This document shows, one piece after another, positions 1-9,480 of a stretch of DNA of 19,197 nt. The position numbers and the translations under genes are program-made. A model generated the notes under the pieces. It ran no database searches and was not told where the DNA came from. It worked only from the letters and a program-made list of their open reading frames with translations. Source of the stretch: Methanobacterium sp. (lineage in GTDB: Archaea > Methanobacteriota > Methanobacteria > Methanobacteriales > Methanobacteriaceae). The stretch spans positions 1-19,197 of the forward strand of contig PMWA01000116.1 in NCBI GenBank assembly GCA_003166335.1. The letters are read 5' to 3'. How positions within the stretch are numbered: position 1 is the stretch's first letter; every line of letters starts with the position of its first letter.

Positions 1-64
<64 letters not shown>

Positions 65-102
65 TTTCTACCTACATCTTTTTCATAAAAACATCTATAA
101 AT

Positions 103-513
103 TCAAACTATTATCGTTACCTTAAGAGTTTCACCTAATTTCAAATCCTTAACTAATTCCCGTTTTAGATCACAAGCTGCCTTATCAGCACGTATCATCA
201 AAGTTCTACTACATGTAAAATCACTTTTCCTAAAAACCATATCCGACGGATGATCCAAAGTCAAAGCAGGATGTCCATAACCCTTAATCAGATCAGCAGC
301 ATTCACAGTTTCCAGTTTTATCCTAATAAGAGTCTCTTCACACCTTATAGCATCTAATAATTCACCTGGTAAATCCACTAGTTTAACATTAGATGAAACT
401 CCGATAATACAATCAGCTCTTAAACATATTTCCTTATCCATAGTAACTTCAAAAGTAGACTTATGCTTTGAAGTGATATTTGAATGTCCTTTAGCAATGA
501 AAGAGTATTCCAT
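103..513 (-). CDS. DUF371 family archaeal protein (ORF open to 558; likely start ATG at 513)
   Basis: Motifs AKGHSNITSKHKSTFEVT, ADCIIGV, GYGHPALTLDHPSDMVFRKSDF and ADKAACDL match archaeal DUF371. Confidence 0.88.
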   Translation of the reverse strand: MEYSFIAKGHSNITSKHKSTFEVTMDKEICLRADCIIGVSSNVKLVDLPGELLDAIRCEETLIRIKLETVNAADLIKGYGHPALTLDHPSDMVFRKSDFTCSRTLMIRADKAACDLKRELVKDLKLGETLKVTIIV

Positions 514-699
514 AGTTATCATATAACATTTTTTTATTAAAATAAGTAGGTGCATCAAGCCTTTATCATTAGGAATAGTGATATTACAATAAAGAATTCT
601 GAAACCTTAGAACTTTATAAATCTTTAAAAAAGTCCAAAAAATTAATTTAGATATGCATGTGCTAAAATGCTTGTAAAGATATATAAGGAGATTTTTAA

Positions 700-1128
700 T
701 TGATTTACTATTTTGCTTATGGTTCTAATATGAGTACTATACGAATATCTTCACGAATACCCATAGTTAAAAGTGTGGGTACTGGGAAACTTATTGATTA
801 TAAGTTATTATGTAATAAAAAGAGTTTTGATGGCACTGGAAAAGCAAATATAATCCATAACCCGGGATATGAAGTATGGGGAGTCATATACCGATTAGAT
901 GTGGATAGTATCCATGAATTGGATAGAATTGAAGATGGATACGAGCGTAAGACATTTAAAATTATAACAGAAAATGAAGTAAATGTTAAAGCCGAAGCTT
1001 ATATCTCAAATAAATTGACCACTGCTTTACCTGAACAATCCTATAAAAACTATATAATGAATGGGGCGATTGAACATAAATTACCAAAATATTACATCGA
1101 CCATTTAACAAATATCCTTATAAAATAA
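700..1128 (+). CDS. gamma-glutamylcyclotransferase (GGCT/AIG2-like) family protein
   Basis: N-terminal YFAYGSNM, VWGVIY, LDRIEDGY with catalytic-type Glu, C-terminal GAIEHKLP. AGGAGA precedes the TTG start. Confidence 0.88.
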   Translation: MIYYFAYGSNMSTIRISSRIPIVKSVGTGKLIDYKLLCNKKSFDGTGKANIIHNPGYEVWGVIYRLDVDSIHELDRIEDGYERKTFKIITENEVNVKAEAYISNKLTTALPEQSYKNYIMNGAIEHKLPKYYIDHLTNILIK

Positions 1129-1173
1129 GTGAAATTAAGAATCATAATCAATAGAGATGGATATTTTTGAGAA

Positions 1174-1614
1174 ATGCCTAAAAAAGAACCATTAAAAGGC
1201 ACATACTGCCTCCTAATCCACTTAAAACAAGATTCAAAGATAACTATAGGTAAACTAGGAGAAAAAAACTTCCAAAAAGGATACTACATATACGTAGGCT
1301 CAGCACTCAACTCCTTAAAAACCCGCATACAAAGACATCTCAGAAAAGAAAAAAAAATACACTGGCACATTGATTACCTTTTAAATAATGAAAATGCTGA
1401 AATCATAGAAGTCATCTATACCATCAGTGACATTAAATGGGAATGTAAAATAGCAGCCACCATAGCTGAAACCGGTATAGAAGTAGTTAATTTTGGATGC
1501 TCCGACTGCAAATGCAACTCCCACCTACTCTACTTCGAAAAATATCCGGAATCTAGAAAAACATGTATTAATTCACTGAAAAAATATGATTTAAAAGTGA
1601 ATTATTTTGAATGA
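1174..1614 (+). CDS. GIY-YIG nuclease family protein (DUF123/Uri type)
   Basis: KGTYCL..., YIYVGSA, RIQRH, HWHIDYLL, FGCSDCKCNSHL. Confidence 0.9.
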   Translation: MPKKEPLKGTYCLLIHLKQDSKITIGKLGEKNFQKGYYIYVGSALNSLKTRIQRHLRKEKKIHWHIDYLLNNENAEIIEVIYTISDIKWECKIAATIAETGIEVVNFGCSDCKCNSHLLYFEKYPESRKTCINSLKKYDLKVNYFE

Positions 1615-1738
1615 TTTTTTTTAAATTTTTTGTACATATTATTTATCACAAATTTTAATACAAAAAAATTGATTTTGGAATGACTATTCAAAGAGCCAAG
1701 CAATTAAAAATTCCTCAAATTTTCTACTATCTAACATA

Positions 1739-2725
1739 TTATCCAACAGATTGTGAACGTCTTCCCATAGCAGCCCACAAGCTTACAGTGATGCCCGCAA
1801 CAAGTAGAATGCCCAGAAGAAGCCGAGTATTAGGGAGTGTGCTGAAATGTTGGATGAAAATCACGGTAGCTAACGTAATGATAATGCCCCAAAAGACCGT
1901 CCAATCCCCACTGAAAAAGTCAAAAACCTCCCACAAAATGCGGATTGGAATCGGATACTTTTGCGGTTCTGATTCCTTTATATTCAGATTCAGTTTACGT
2001 CGACTCACCCAACGAATCAGACTCAGACTCAGCAGCAGATAGAATATGACCAGCACGAGGAGAAATAGATCAGAAAACGGCCACTGGATGCCTAAACCCT
2101 CACCACTCCAGAATGTTCCAAAAGTCACCAACATGATGCCCACCAGAAACTTGAACATATTCTCAGGGATACTAGTTAACGGCTTACGCACCACCACACC
2201 TAACACTATCACTACTAAGAGCGCTATAACAGCTGCTAGACTTGTGGTATAAATCCCCTGAAATGGATTTGCATCACCAGTCAAACCGAAAGTAATGACT
2301 ATCACCGCAACCTCCAATCCCTCAAGAAACACACTCTTGAAGGAAGTCAGGAAACCGAATTTACTGAATTTGGAATGATCCTCCCCCAGAGCATCAAACT
2401 CCCGCCTGCGCGTCTCATATACCAAATTTTCATCATGCTTAGCCTTAAGCCCCGTATAACGTAAAATCGCCTTTTCCAGCCACTGAATACCGAAAAGTAT
2501 TAAAATAACTCCAATAACGATACGAAGAATATTAATAGGAATAACTAGGATGATAGCACTGCCAAATACAATAATAAGCAAACCTAATAAGGCAAAACCA
2601 GAAGCAGCACCCCACAAACTACTCTTCCAATTAATTGATGCACCGATAGCTAATACGATGGTCAAGGCTTCAACCCATTCCACAAGAGATGCCAAAAAAG
2701 CCGGTAAAAAAATAGACCAGTTCAA
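1739..2725 (-). CDS. COG4280-type integral membrane protein (putative metal transporter) with C-terminal extension
   Basis: Two acidic TM motifs, ASLVEWVEALTIVLA and VFLEGLEVAVIV; PENMFKFLVGIML..FGTFWSGEGLG; GAGGGGG upstream of the TTG start. Confidence 0.8.
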   Translation of the reverse strand: MNWSIFLPAFLASLVEWVEALTIVLAIGASINWKSSLWGAASGFALLGLLIIVFGSAIILVIPINILRIVIGVILILFGIQWLEKAILRYTGLKAKHDENLVYETRRREFDALGEDHSKFSKFGFLTSFKSVFLEGLEVAVIVITFGLTGDANPFQGIYTTSLAAVIALLVVIVLGVVVRKPLTSIPENMFKFLVGIMLVTFGTFWSGEGLGIQWPFSDLFLLVLVIFYLLLSLSLIRWVSRRKLNLNIKESEPQKYPIPIRILWEVFDFFSGDWTVFWGIIITLATVIFIQHFSTLPNTRLLLGILLVAGITVSLWAAMGRRSQSVG

Positions 2726-3164
2726 GACAATACCCCCTCTAAAAACTTACCTTAATTGCATTGATATTATATTACCATCAATATACACTATTACTTTAAG
2801 CATACAATTTGTTAAAGTTCCTCAAAAGACCCTTCTGTAAGTCCCTGTAAGCCCCAGCCATCACATCTCTATTATTTAATCTTTAGTTTTAAACTAATAA
2901 TCGTAAAATAAATAATTTTCTATTAAATTCTAAAAACGTTTTTTATACGCAGATATTAGAATTATCCGCGAGAATATTATTATTTAATACACTAATTTAA
3001 CAAACCCCAGATTAAAAATGATTAGAGTGAATATTCAGGATCATCATCTAAATAAACAGAGAAATAACCCCCAATAGATTTTACAATAAATTATAATTTA
3101 GTGAAAATACAAAAAATATTAATAATATCATTCAAATGAGTATTCTCTAAAAAAAATATGTGGA

Positions 3165-4223
3165 GTGAAGATTATCAGTCTGGAATCATTCGAAATAAAA
3201 ATCAGCCCAAAAGTGTTAGATGATCTATCATACAGGTTAGCTAACACTCGTTGGCCTGATGAAGTTAAAGATAGCAAATGGAATTACGGAGCAAATCTAA
3301 GTTATATGAAGGAATTAATTGATTACTGGCAAAAAGAATATGATTGGCGCCGAAAAGAAGCTGAACTCAACCAATTCTCACATTACCTTACAAAAATAGA
3401 TGGCCATAACATCCACTTCATCCATGAACATGGTAAAGGACCCAATCCCACTCCTATAATTATAACTCACGGTTGGCCCGGTTCATTCTACGAAATATGT
3501 AAATTAATACCATTACTCACCGATCCAGAAAGTTATGGCGGTGAACCAGACGAATCATTCGATATAATTATACCATCCCTCCCCGGTTTCGGATTCTCTG
3601 ATCATAACATTAAAAATGATGTAAATACACTAAGCTGGACAGCACAATTATGGGCTAAATTAATGACCAAAGAATTAGGATACAAACAATTCGCCTCAGC
3701 CGGTGGAGACTTCGGCTCCATCGTAACACAATACCTCGCTGATTTACACCCCGAACTATTAATAGGAATCCACTTAACATACATAGGCTATTACACGGAT
3801 GTTCTAGGTGAATCCGATTTATCTAAGAATGAGAAATCATATCTCAATAATCTACAAGAATGGATTACACGTGAAGGGGCTTATTTCATGATTCACTCAA
3901 CTAAACCCCAAACATTATCATATGGTTTAAACGATTCACCAGTAGGCTTAGCTGCTTGGATTACAGAGAAATTCCAATCATGGACTGATAAAAGTAGTAT
4001 TATTGGACGAATTTCCAAAGATGAACTACTAACAAATATTATGATATACTGGGTGAGTGAAACCATCAATTCATCAATTCGAACCTATGCCAGTACAGCA
4101 CCAGAAAAAATGAAACCACTACCATCAATTCCCACAGCATTCGCATCATTCCCCGAAACAACATTTATTAATGCGTTCCCATTCTGTCCATCCTTCCTAA
4201 AAAAAATCTTAAACACGAAATAA
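3165..4223 (+). pseudogene. Epoxide hydrolase (EHN-domain type), C-terminally truncated
   Basis: RLANTRWP, YDWR, HGWPGSF, PSLPGFGFS, nucleophile GGDFG, KPQTLSYGLNDSPVGLAAWI. Family likeness ends after FPE (~4157) and the GGHF catalytic-His segment is absent. Confidence 0.8.
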
Positions 4224-4728
4224 TTAATCGCAATTGATATATTCAAATTTGAGGTTAAGGTATTATTAGAAGAAACAACAGAACTCCATGAAGTTGAAGG
4301 TGAACCCTATATTATTTATAAATTATTAAATTTTGTAAATTAATCTTTTTACCCTCAGAGATTTGTATTTCCTCTTAACTAACATTTAAATAATTTTTTT
4401 TTAAGTTATATTACTTATAGAATATTATATTTCTACTTCGTTTTATCGGCATATTCTTAGCCATATGGTCGCTATGGTGGAAAGGCTAATCTTGATTCCT
4501 ATATTTTAAATTTATTGCTCCTCACGTCTCAATTTTACTATGCTTTTAAGTTTTGTGTTAGACATATCGTTGGCTTATTTCAATTTTTTATCGTGGGGCT
4601 TTTATAAAAGTCTTCTCAAGGGATTCCAGATTGTTTACGAATTATTTTGAGCGGTACGAGCTTAAGCTGTCATGCTTATGAGAGGAATTTTTTGAAAGTT
4701 ATTTCAAATTTATTTCCACGGAGAATTT

Positions 4729-4757
4729 TAGACCTTATGGTCTAGACCGCTGGTTTA
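4729..4757. promoter_or_regulatory. Probable TetR operator pair adjoining a TATA-like element
   Basis: Perfect TAGACC-ttat-GGTCTA (4729-4744) overlapping an imperfect TAGACC-gct-GGTTTA (4743-4757), which runs into TTTAATAT. About 120 bp upstream of tetR. Confidence 0.6.
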
Positions 4758-4875
4758 ATATGCTATGATTACATATTAAAGTTTAAATCACAACTCGTGA
4801 GCATTGTACTATTAAGACTGATAGAAAAGTTTGATTATTTATCCATAGATGAAACCTCCGCTGGAGCTAGTTTAA

Positions 4876-5487
4876 ATGAAGGAAAAGTCATTTGAAAGAA
4901 GAAATGAACTTATTGAAGCTGCTTTAACCGAATTTTCAAGTCATAGCTATGAAAATGCCTCCCTAAATAAAATTATCAAAAAGACAGGCATAAGCAAGGG
5001 TACTTTTTATTACCATTTTGAAGATAAAAAAGCCCTTTATTTATTCATACTAGGAATTGCAGGGGAAGCTCAAGCTGAATTTATAAACAAATATATGCAA
5101 GGCCAGGATTTAAGAGGACAAGATATTTTTGAAGAGTTAAAACTACAATTTAAGTTTTCAGGCGCATTTGCCGCGGAACACCCTAAATATTACAGATTTA
5201 TCACCATGTTTATGAAAGAAGCTGAAATAAATACAGATTTAAAAAGCGTATTGGAAAGCGGTAATGATCTGCTGTTTGACGAAATGATAAAGAGGGCTGT
5301 AACTCAAGGAGATTTTAATAACCGGTTTCCTATTGACTTCGTGATAAAAATAATGCATTATTTATTCATCAATTATTTCGGAATATTTGACACTGAGGAG
5401 GATTATCAATTGGAGAAAATGCTTGAAAATGCCAACAACTTTGTAGACTTTCTAAAATATGGATTAGGCAATCAAAAAGAGGATTGA
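4876..5487 (+). CDS. TetR/AcrR family transcriptional regulator
   Basis: N-terminal HTH: LIEAALTEFSSHSYENASLNKIIKKTGISKGTFYYHFEDKKALY. Confidence 0.95.
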   Translation: MKEKSFERRNELIEAALTEFSSHSYENASLNKIIKKTGISKGTFYYHFEDKKALYLFILGIAGEAQAEFINKYMQGQDLRGQDIFEELKLQFKFSGAFAAEHPKYYRFITMFMKEAEINTDLKSVLESGNDLLFDEMIKRAVTQGDFNNRFPIDFVIKIMHYLFINYFGIFDTEEDYQLEKMLENANNFVDFLKYGLGNQKED

Positions 5488-5489
5488 AC

Positions 5490-6383
5490 ATGAGTAAAAA
5501 GCAAAAATACACAAAAGGTTTTGTAACATCTCGTGACGGAACAAGAATCGGCTATAGACAAATGGGCACTGGTCCCGACATCATTTTGCTACATGGAGGT
5601 GCAAAAGGCTCGCAAACTTTAATGCAACTTGGTACTGCGCTGTCCGATGAATTTACAGTATACATTCCAGACCGTCGGGGCCGTGGTTTAAGTGGACCAT
5701 TCGGCAGCAAGTATGGTTTACAAAGGGAAGTTGAAGATATGGACGCTCTCCTTAAAAAAACCGGTGCGCACTATGTTTTTGGTACAGCGACAGGCGCAAT
5801 TATTGCCTTGCGATCAGCCCTCTATTGCCATGCTATCCATAAAGCCATCCTCTACGAACCACCATTCTATGTTAACGAAACTGAAATGAATAAGTTCAAC
5901 GATATAGGCAAACGGTATGATAAATACGTAGCCGAGGGCAAATTCACCTCTGCAATGGTGACTAGTGGCGAACTAGCGACTAAAGTAAGTGGAGATGAAC
6001 TTCAACCATCTTATCAATGGGTAAAATATATGCCAAATATAATATTGAGACTAATTTTCAAAATTATACTAGAAATAGATGTACTGAATACCAAGGGCGA
6101 TGATGTGACACTTAAAGACACTATACCCACATTTCACAATGACGTAATGCTTGTTAATGAAACTAAAGGAACAATTGAAAACTTCGAAGCCGTATCTGCA
6201 GAAGTATTATTACTCAACGGCAGCAAAACATTTTTATTCTTAAAACATAGCATATACGCTTTAAAAGAAGTATTACCTCATGTTAAGCGCGTTGAAATTC
6301 AAGGCCTTGATCACGCGGCCGCAGAAGACACCACTGGCAAGCCAAAAATAGTTGCGCAGGAAATAAAACGCTTTTTGAAATAA
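5490..6383 (+). CDS. alpha/beta fold hydrolase (nucleophile elbow GTATG; ORF track start 5484)
   Basis: SRDGTRIGY, LLHGG, PDRRGRGLS, LYEPP, C-terminal GLDH. ATG lies 2 nt after the tetR stop, suggesting an operon. Confidence 0.88.
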   Translation: MSKKQKYTKGFVTSRDGTRIGYRQMGTGPDIILLHGGAKGSQTLMQLGTALSDEFTVYIPDRRGRGLSGPFGSKYGLQREVEDMDALLKKTGAHYVFGTATGAIIALRSALYCHAIHKAILYEPPFYVNETEMNKFNDIGKRYDKYVAEGKFTSAMVTSGELATKVSGDELQPSYQWVKYMPNIILRLIFKIILEIDVLNTKGDDVTLKDTIPTFHNDVMLVNETKGTIENFEAVSAEVLLLNGSKTFLFLKHSIYALKEVLPHVKRVEIQGLDHAAAEDTTGKPKIVAQEIKRFLK

Positions 6384-6490
6384 AGCATATTATCAGTACT
6401 CAATTATTCGATTAAAATCCAATAGAAAAAATACAATTAAATGAACAAAATAAAATGGTTGTTCACAGAACATCAAAAGGAGTAGAGAGC

Positions 6491-6651
6491 ATGAAAATCC
6501 ATAGAATAGATCATGTGGGTGTAACCGTAAATGATCTTCCCGCCGCTAAAGCGTTTTTTTCCTTGATTTTAGACTGGAAGTGCAAGGGGAAGGAAAATTG
6601 GAAGGAGAGTGACTGGATCGGATAGTTGGGCTTAATAACGTTAAAACAGCA
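6491..6651 (+). pseudogene. VOC/glyoxalase family N-terminal remnant
   Basis: Manual translation MKIHRIDHVGVTVNDLPAAKAFF / LDFRLEVQGEGKLEGE*LDRIVGLNNVKTA. Frameshift in the T7 run (6554-6560), TGA at 6610-6612, truncated thereafter. AAGGAG upstream. Confidence 0.8.
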
Positions 6652-6690
6652 TATAACGAAGTGAAGCGTTGATACCAATACTAAACATCT

Positions 6691-6801
6691 CTATGCTTCG
6701 AGGTAGCTGATGAGGGTCTGTGAGCGGCGAGTCCTTCCATTTACCCCATCTGTTTGCTATTTCACGCCCGTCTTGGGATAAGTCTGCCTTTTCGAAGACC
6801 C
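6691..6801 (-). pseudogene. Degenerate copy of the alkA 3' end
   Basis: Reads GLRK..SQ..REIANRWGKWKGLAAHxTLISYLEA* across frameshifts, versus GLRKAISQ...RQIANKWGKWKGLAAYYILVSYLET* in the intact gene (7793-~7935). Confidence 0.85.
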
Positions 6802-7191
6802 GCTTTCGGAATTTGTAATTTGTGTCTGGCTCCATTGTAGTGAACCCCAAGCTGCCTCGGGTCCATTGCTTTTAAGTTCCATCAGGTTTTGGAAGTGTTA
6901 GTTTTACAGGGCTTCTTTTGCGGGTGTGCGTTTAAGGCATCTTTGGCCACACGATCATGCTGCTGTTTTGTAAGGTTCATTCTAGTAGTCACTGTTTTTG
7001 AAATCACTTCATGCCTTTTTTGATGTTGTTGAGCAGTTGTACCAGGAACAGGAGTAGTGGCGGATAAGAATATACAAAAATATTACTGACTAATGCACTA
7101 TACAGCCGATGTTAAAAACGAATATTAAACAAAACTATTTATCAGCCAGAATATAAAAAAACATGATTAATATTAAGAGGGGGTAATTCTA

Positions 7192-7652
7192 GTGGATTTA
7201 AATATTTTATGGCTGGTGCCGGTAGCATATTTTATACATATCTTAGAAGAATCGCCACGATTTGTACCTTGGGCAAAGAAATATCTTGGTGCGCCTGAAA
7301 CATTTGGCCAGTTCATTATAGGAAACGTTATTTTTATGGTCTATGTTCTTGTATCAGTATTTCTTGCAATCTTTTATCCCAGTCAAGGACGCTTATTCTT
7401 GGATTAGCTACCGCAGCGTGGATATTTTCAAATTTTTTAATCCATGCATCATATACCTTGTATACCGGCGAATATTCTCCGGGTGTTGTGACTGCAAGTG
7501 CAATATATGCTCCTGTTTCATTATATATTTATTATAGCTTATGGGCATCTGGAATAGTAAACACTCTAGACATTATATTATCAATTTTCATTGGCTTTGC
7601 GGTGATGTATGTTCCGACATTGATACAAATAAAGAGAAAAGGGAAAATATAG
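7192..7652 (+). pseudogene. HXXEE-domain membrane protein, split by a 1-nt deletion near 7387
   Basis: HILEE motif in the first ORF. Adding one base after AGTCAA gives a continuous ...PSQxTLILGLATAAWIFSNFLIHASYTLYTGEYSPGVVTA..., containing the family-typical N..H and YSPG motifs. Confidence 0.8.
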
Positions 7653-7792
7653 AGGATAAAATGGATAATTTTGGATAAGAAAATAAATAGGGAATTCACC
7701 GAAATAAAAAAAAAACCGATAAGAAAATATAAGCCCAGTGTAGAGGCTGTGAAACTTTTTAAGACTATTTTCCTTTTTTATTGTATAATCTT

Positions 7793-8710
7793 TCATGTCT
7801 CCAGGTAACTGACGAGGATGTAGTAAGCTGCGAGTCCTTTCCATTTACCCCATTTGTTTGCTATTTGGCGTGCATTGTCCGCAGAAATTTTTTTATCATC
7901 GCAATAATATTGGGAGATGGCTTTTCGTAAGCCGAGATCATCTGCTGGGAATGCTTGATGTCGGTGATGCATGCTTCTTAAAACTGTTAGATGAGCTGTC
8001 CATTCACCGACTCCCCTCAATTGACTGAGTTCCTCTATTATTGCATTCATATCGGCATATTTTTTGAAGCTCTCTAAATCTAATGTATCTTCCACTATAA
8101 GTTTGGAGATATTTATTATATAATCTGCTTTCCTTAAACTCAATCCAGATTCGCGCAGTTTTTCTTTAGTTAGTTTTGATAAAGATTCTGGGGTTGGGAA
8201 TGCGTAATAGACTTTCCCATCTAGGTGTAATTCTTCACCATGATCCCTAATCATCTGCCTTTCAATACTCTGAGCGGCTTTAAAAGAGATCTGTTGCTCA
8301 ATTATGGATGAAGCTAAGGCTTCAAAAACAGTTGCTGTGGTAGGGTTATTTAAGCCCCTGAATTCTTTGGTGATTTTGGATATCACAGGGTCGTTTTTAA
8401 TGTATTCGTAAAATTCTTTAAGGTCAAAGTCTAAATTGAACATATAAACAATCGTATTCTCCGCTGATATTTTGTCATTGTCTGTAATTTTCGTATTTGA
8501 CTTCAAAGTAACAGATAATCCTGGTTCATCTACTGATCCTGTAGATTCTATAATAACAAGAATTGGTTTATGATTTACTCTTATTACCTGCCAAAACTTA
8601 TTCTTTTCAAATCCATTGATCCTAGGGTCGTTACCGATGAACATTCTTACATTTAACTTTAAATTATAAGGAGCCAAGGGTTTTAGTTTTAGATGAGTTG
8701 AATATGACAT
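7793..8710 (-). CDS. alkA: DNA-3-methyladenine glycosylase II (AlkA family, HhH-GPD)
   Basis: FEALASSIIEQQIS, AFPTPESL, helix-hairpin-helix LSQLRGVGEWTA, FPADDLGLRK with catalytic Asp. Confidence 0.92.
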   Translation of the reverse strand: MSYSTHLKLKPLAPYNLKLNVRMFIGNDPRINGFEKNKFWQVIRVNHKPILVIIESTGSVDEPGLSVTLKSNTKITDNDKISAENTIVYMFNLDFDLKEFYEYIKNDPVISKITKEFRGLNNPTTATVFEALASSIIEQQISFKAAQSIERQMIRDHGEELHLDGKVYYAFPTPESLSKLTKEKLRESGLSLRKADYIINISKLIVEDTLDLESFKKYADMNAIIEELSQLRGVGEWTAHLTVLRSMHHRHQAFPADDLGLRKAISQYYCDDKKISADNARQIANKWGKWKGLAAYYILVSYLET

Positions 8711-9220
8711 TTTTTTTCCAGTCCATCAAAGACTTATCATGAATAATAAAATAATTCTCTTAAGTTAAATTTCTTATTGAGCATTAATATTTTTTATCTA
8801 ACATCTAGAAAGTCAGTATATAAAGCAGAAATACTTTACAAATTAATCCTTCGATCACCATAAAACTTCATTGAACCAATTTACAACTCCTGAATCGTAA
8901 TGTTACAGTCATATCATTAACCATGAGCATCAATGAGTACTTTATTAGGATAAAACACACTCAGATGCTAGCGAATAGACTAAATACATACTCTCACTCC
9001 ATTTTATCGTGAATTTAATTAATCTTAATAAAGTAACAATAAGCATAAATAGCGGGAAATATTAGAAAACTTCCCGGCAAGAAGAAGAAACAGGATTAAT
9101 AATCGTTTAATATCCTTGAAAGGATAATGAAGTGAATCTGAAAGAACATCTAGAATATTGATAAATTAAAACCCCCACTTCATACCATTAAAAACCTACT
9201 AGTTTTTTTGTATTACTATT

Positions 9221-9382
9221 TTAAGATTTGGTTGGATGTTAAATCATTTAATGTGGTGTTTGATAAGATGAATAAGGTGCTGATTAATAATAGTTTTTAG
9301 TCGCCGTTTTTATCCCGGAACGATAATTAAGCTGCTATGCTATCGTTGATTCGGCTAAGCTTAAAACTAAAAATTCAGGTAT
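9221..9382. repeat. Diverged direct copy of 14201-14393 (5' half of the 14019-14411 gene)
   Basis: Shared blocks TTGGTTG.ATGTTAAAT.ATTTAATGTGGTG, TGATTAATAATA, TAAGCTGCTATG and CGGCTAAGCTTA.AACTA. A 24-bp deletion falls between two TGAATA repeats. Confidence 0.85.
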
Positions 9383-9386
9383 GTTC

Positions 9387-9480
9387 GATTCAACAATCAC
9401 TGCGCTTGTTTTTTACATTTCTTAATATTTTCCGTTTTTACTCGATTCTTAAAAAGGATATAGTAATTATTAAGAATATA
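9387..9480. repeat. Diverged direct copy of 11944-12036 (upstream region of the MFS gene)
   Basis: Shared GATTCAA.AATCA, GCTTGTTTTT(T)ACATTTCTTAAT, TTTTTACTCGATTC.TAAAAA and TAATTAT. Confidence 0.85.

Noticed and set aside
1680..2840. Plus-strand ORFs 1680-2042, 2046-2252 and 2550-2840
   Set aside because: Antisense shadows of the COG4280 gene with no recognisable motifs.
2820..2875. Riboswitch upstream of the COG4280 gene (GC-richer patch with CTGTAAG twice)
   Set aside because: Could not match fluoride or yybP-ykoY consensus by eye. An Rfam cmscan would be needed.
3602..5889. ORFs 3602-3784 and 5692-5889 (likewise 17650-17838)
   Set aside because: Nested within well-supported genes.
6641..6850. 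69-aa ORF as a real gene
   Set aside because: Chance frame through the alkA remnant. Only REIANRWGKWK is in the ancestral frame.
7343..7844. ORFs 7343-7537 and 7581-7844
   Set aside because: Off-frame or antisense overlaps of the HXXEE gene and alkA.
9111..9126. Palindrome TATCCTT-GA-AAGGATA (also TGACAT-CT-ATGTCA at 18936-18949)
   Set aside because: Single short occurrences, not clearly tied to a promoter, and compatible with chance.
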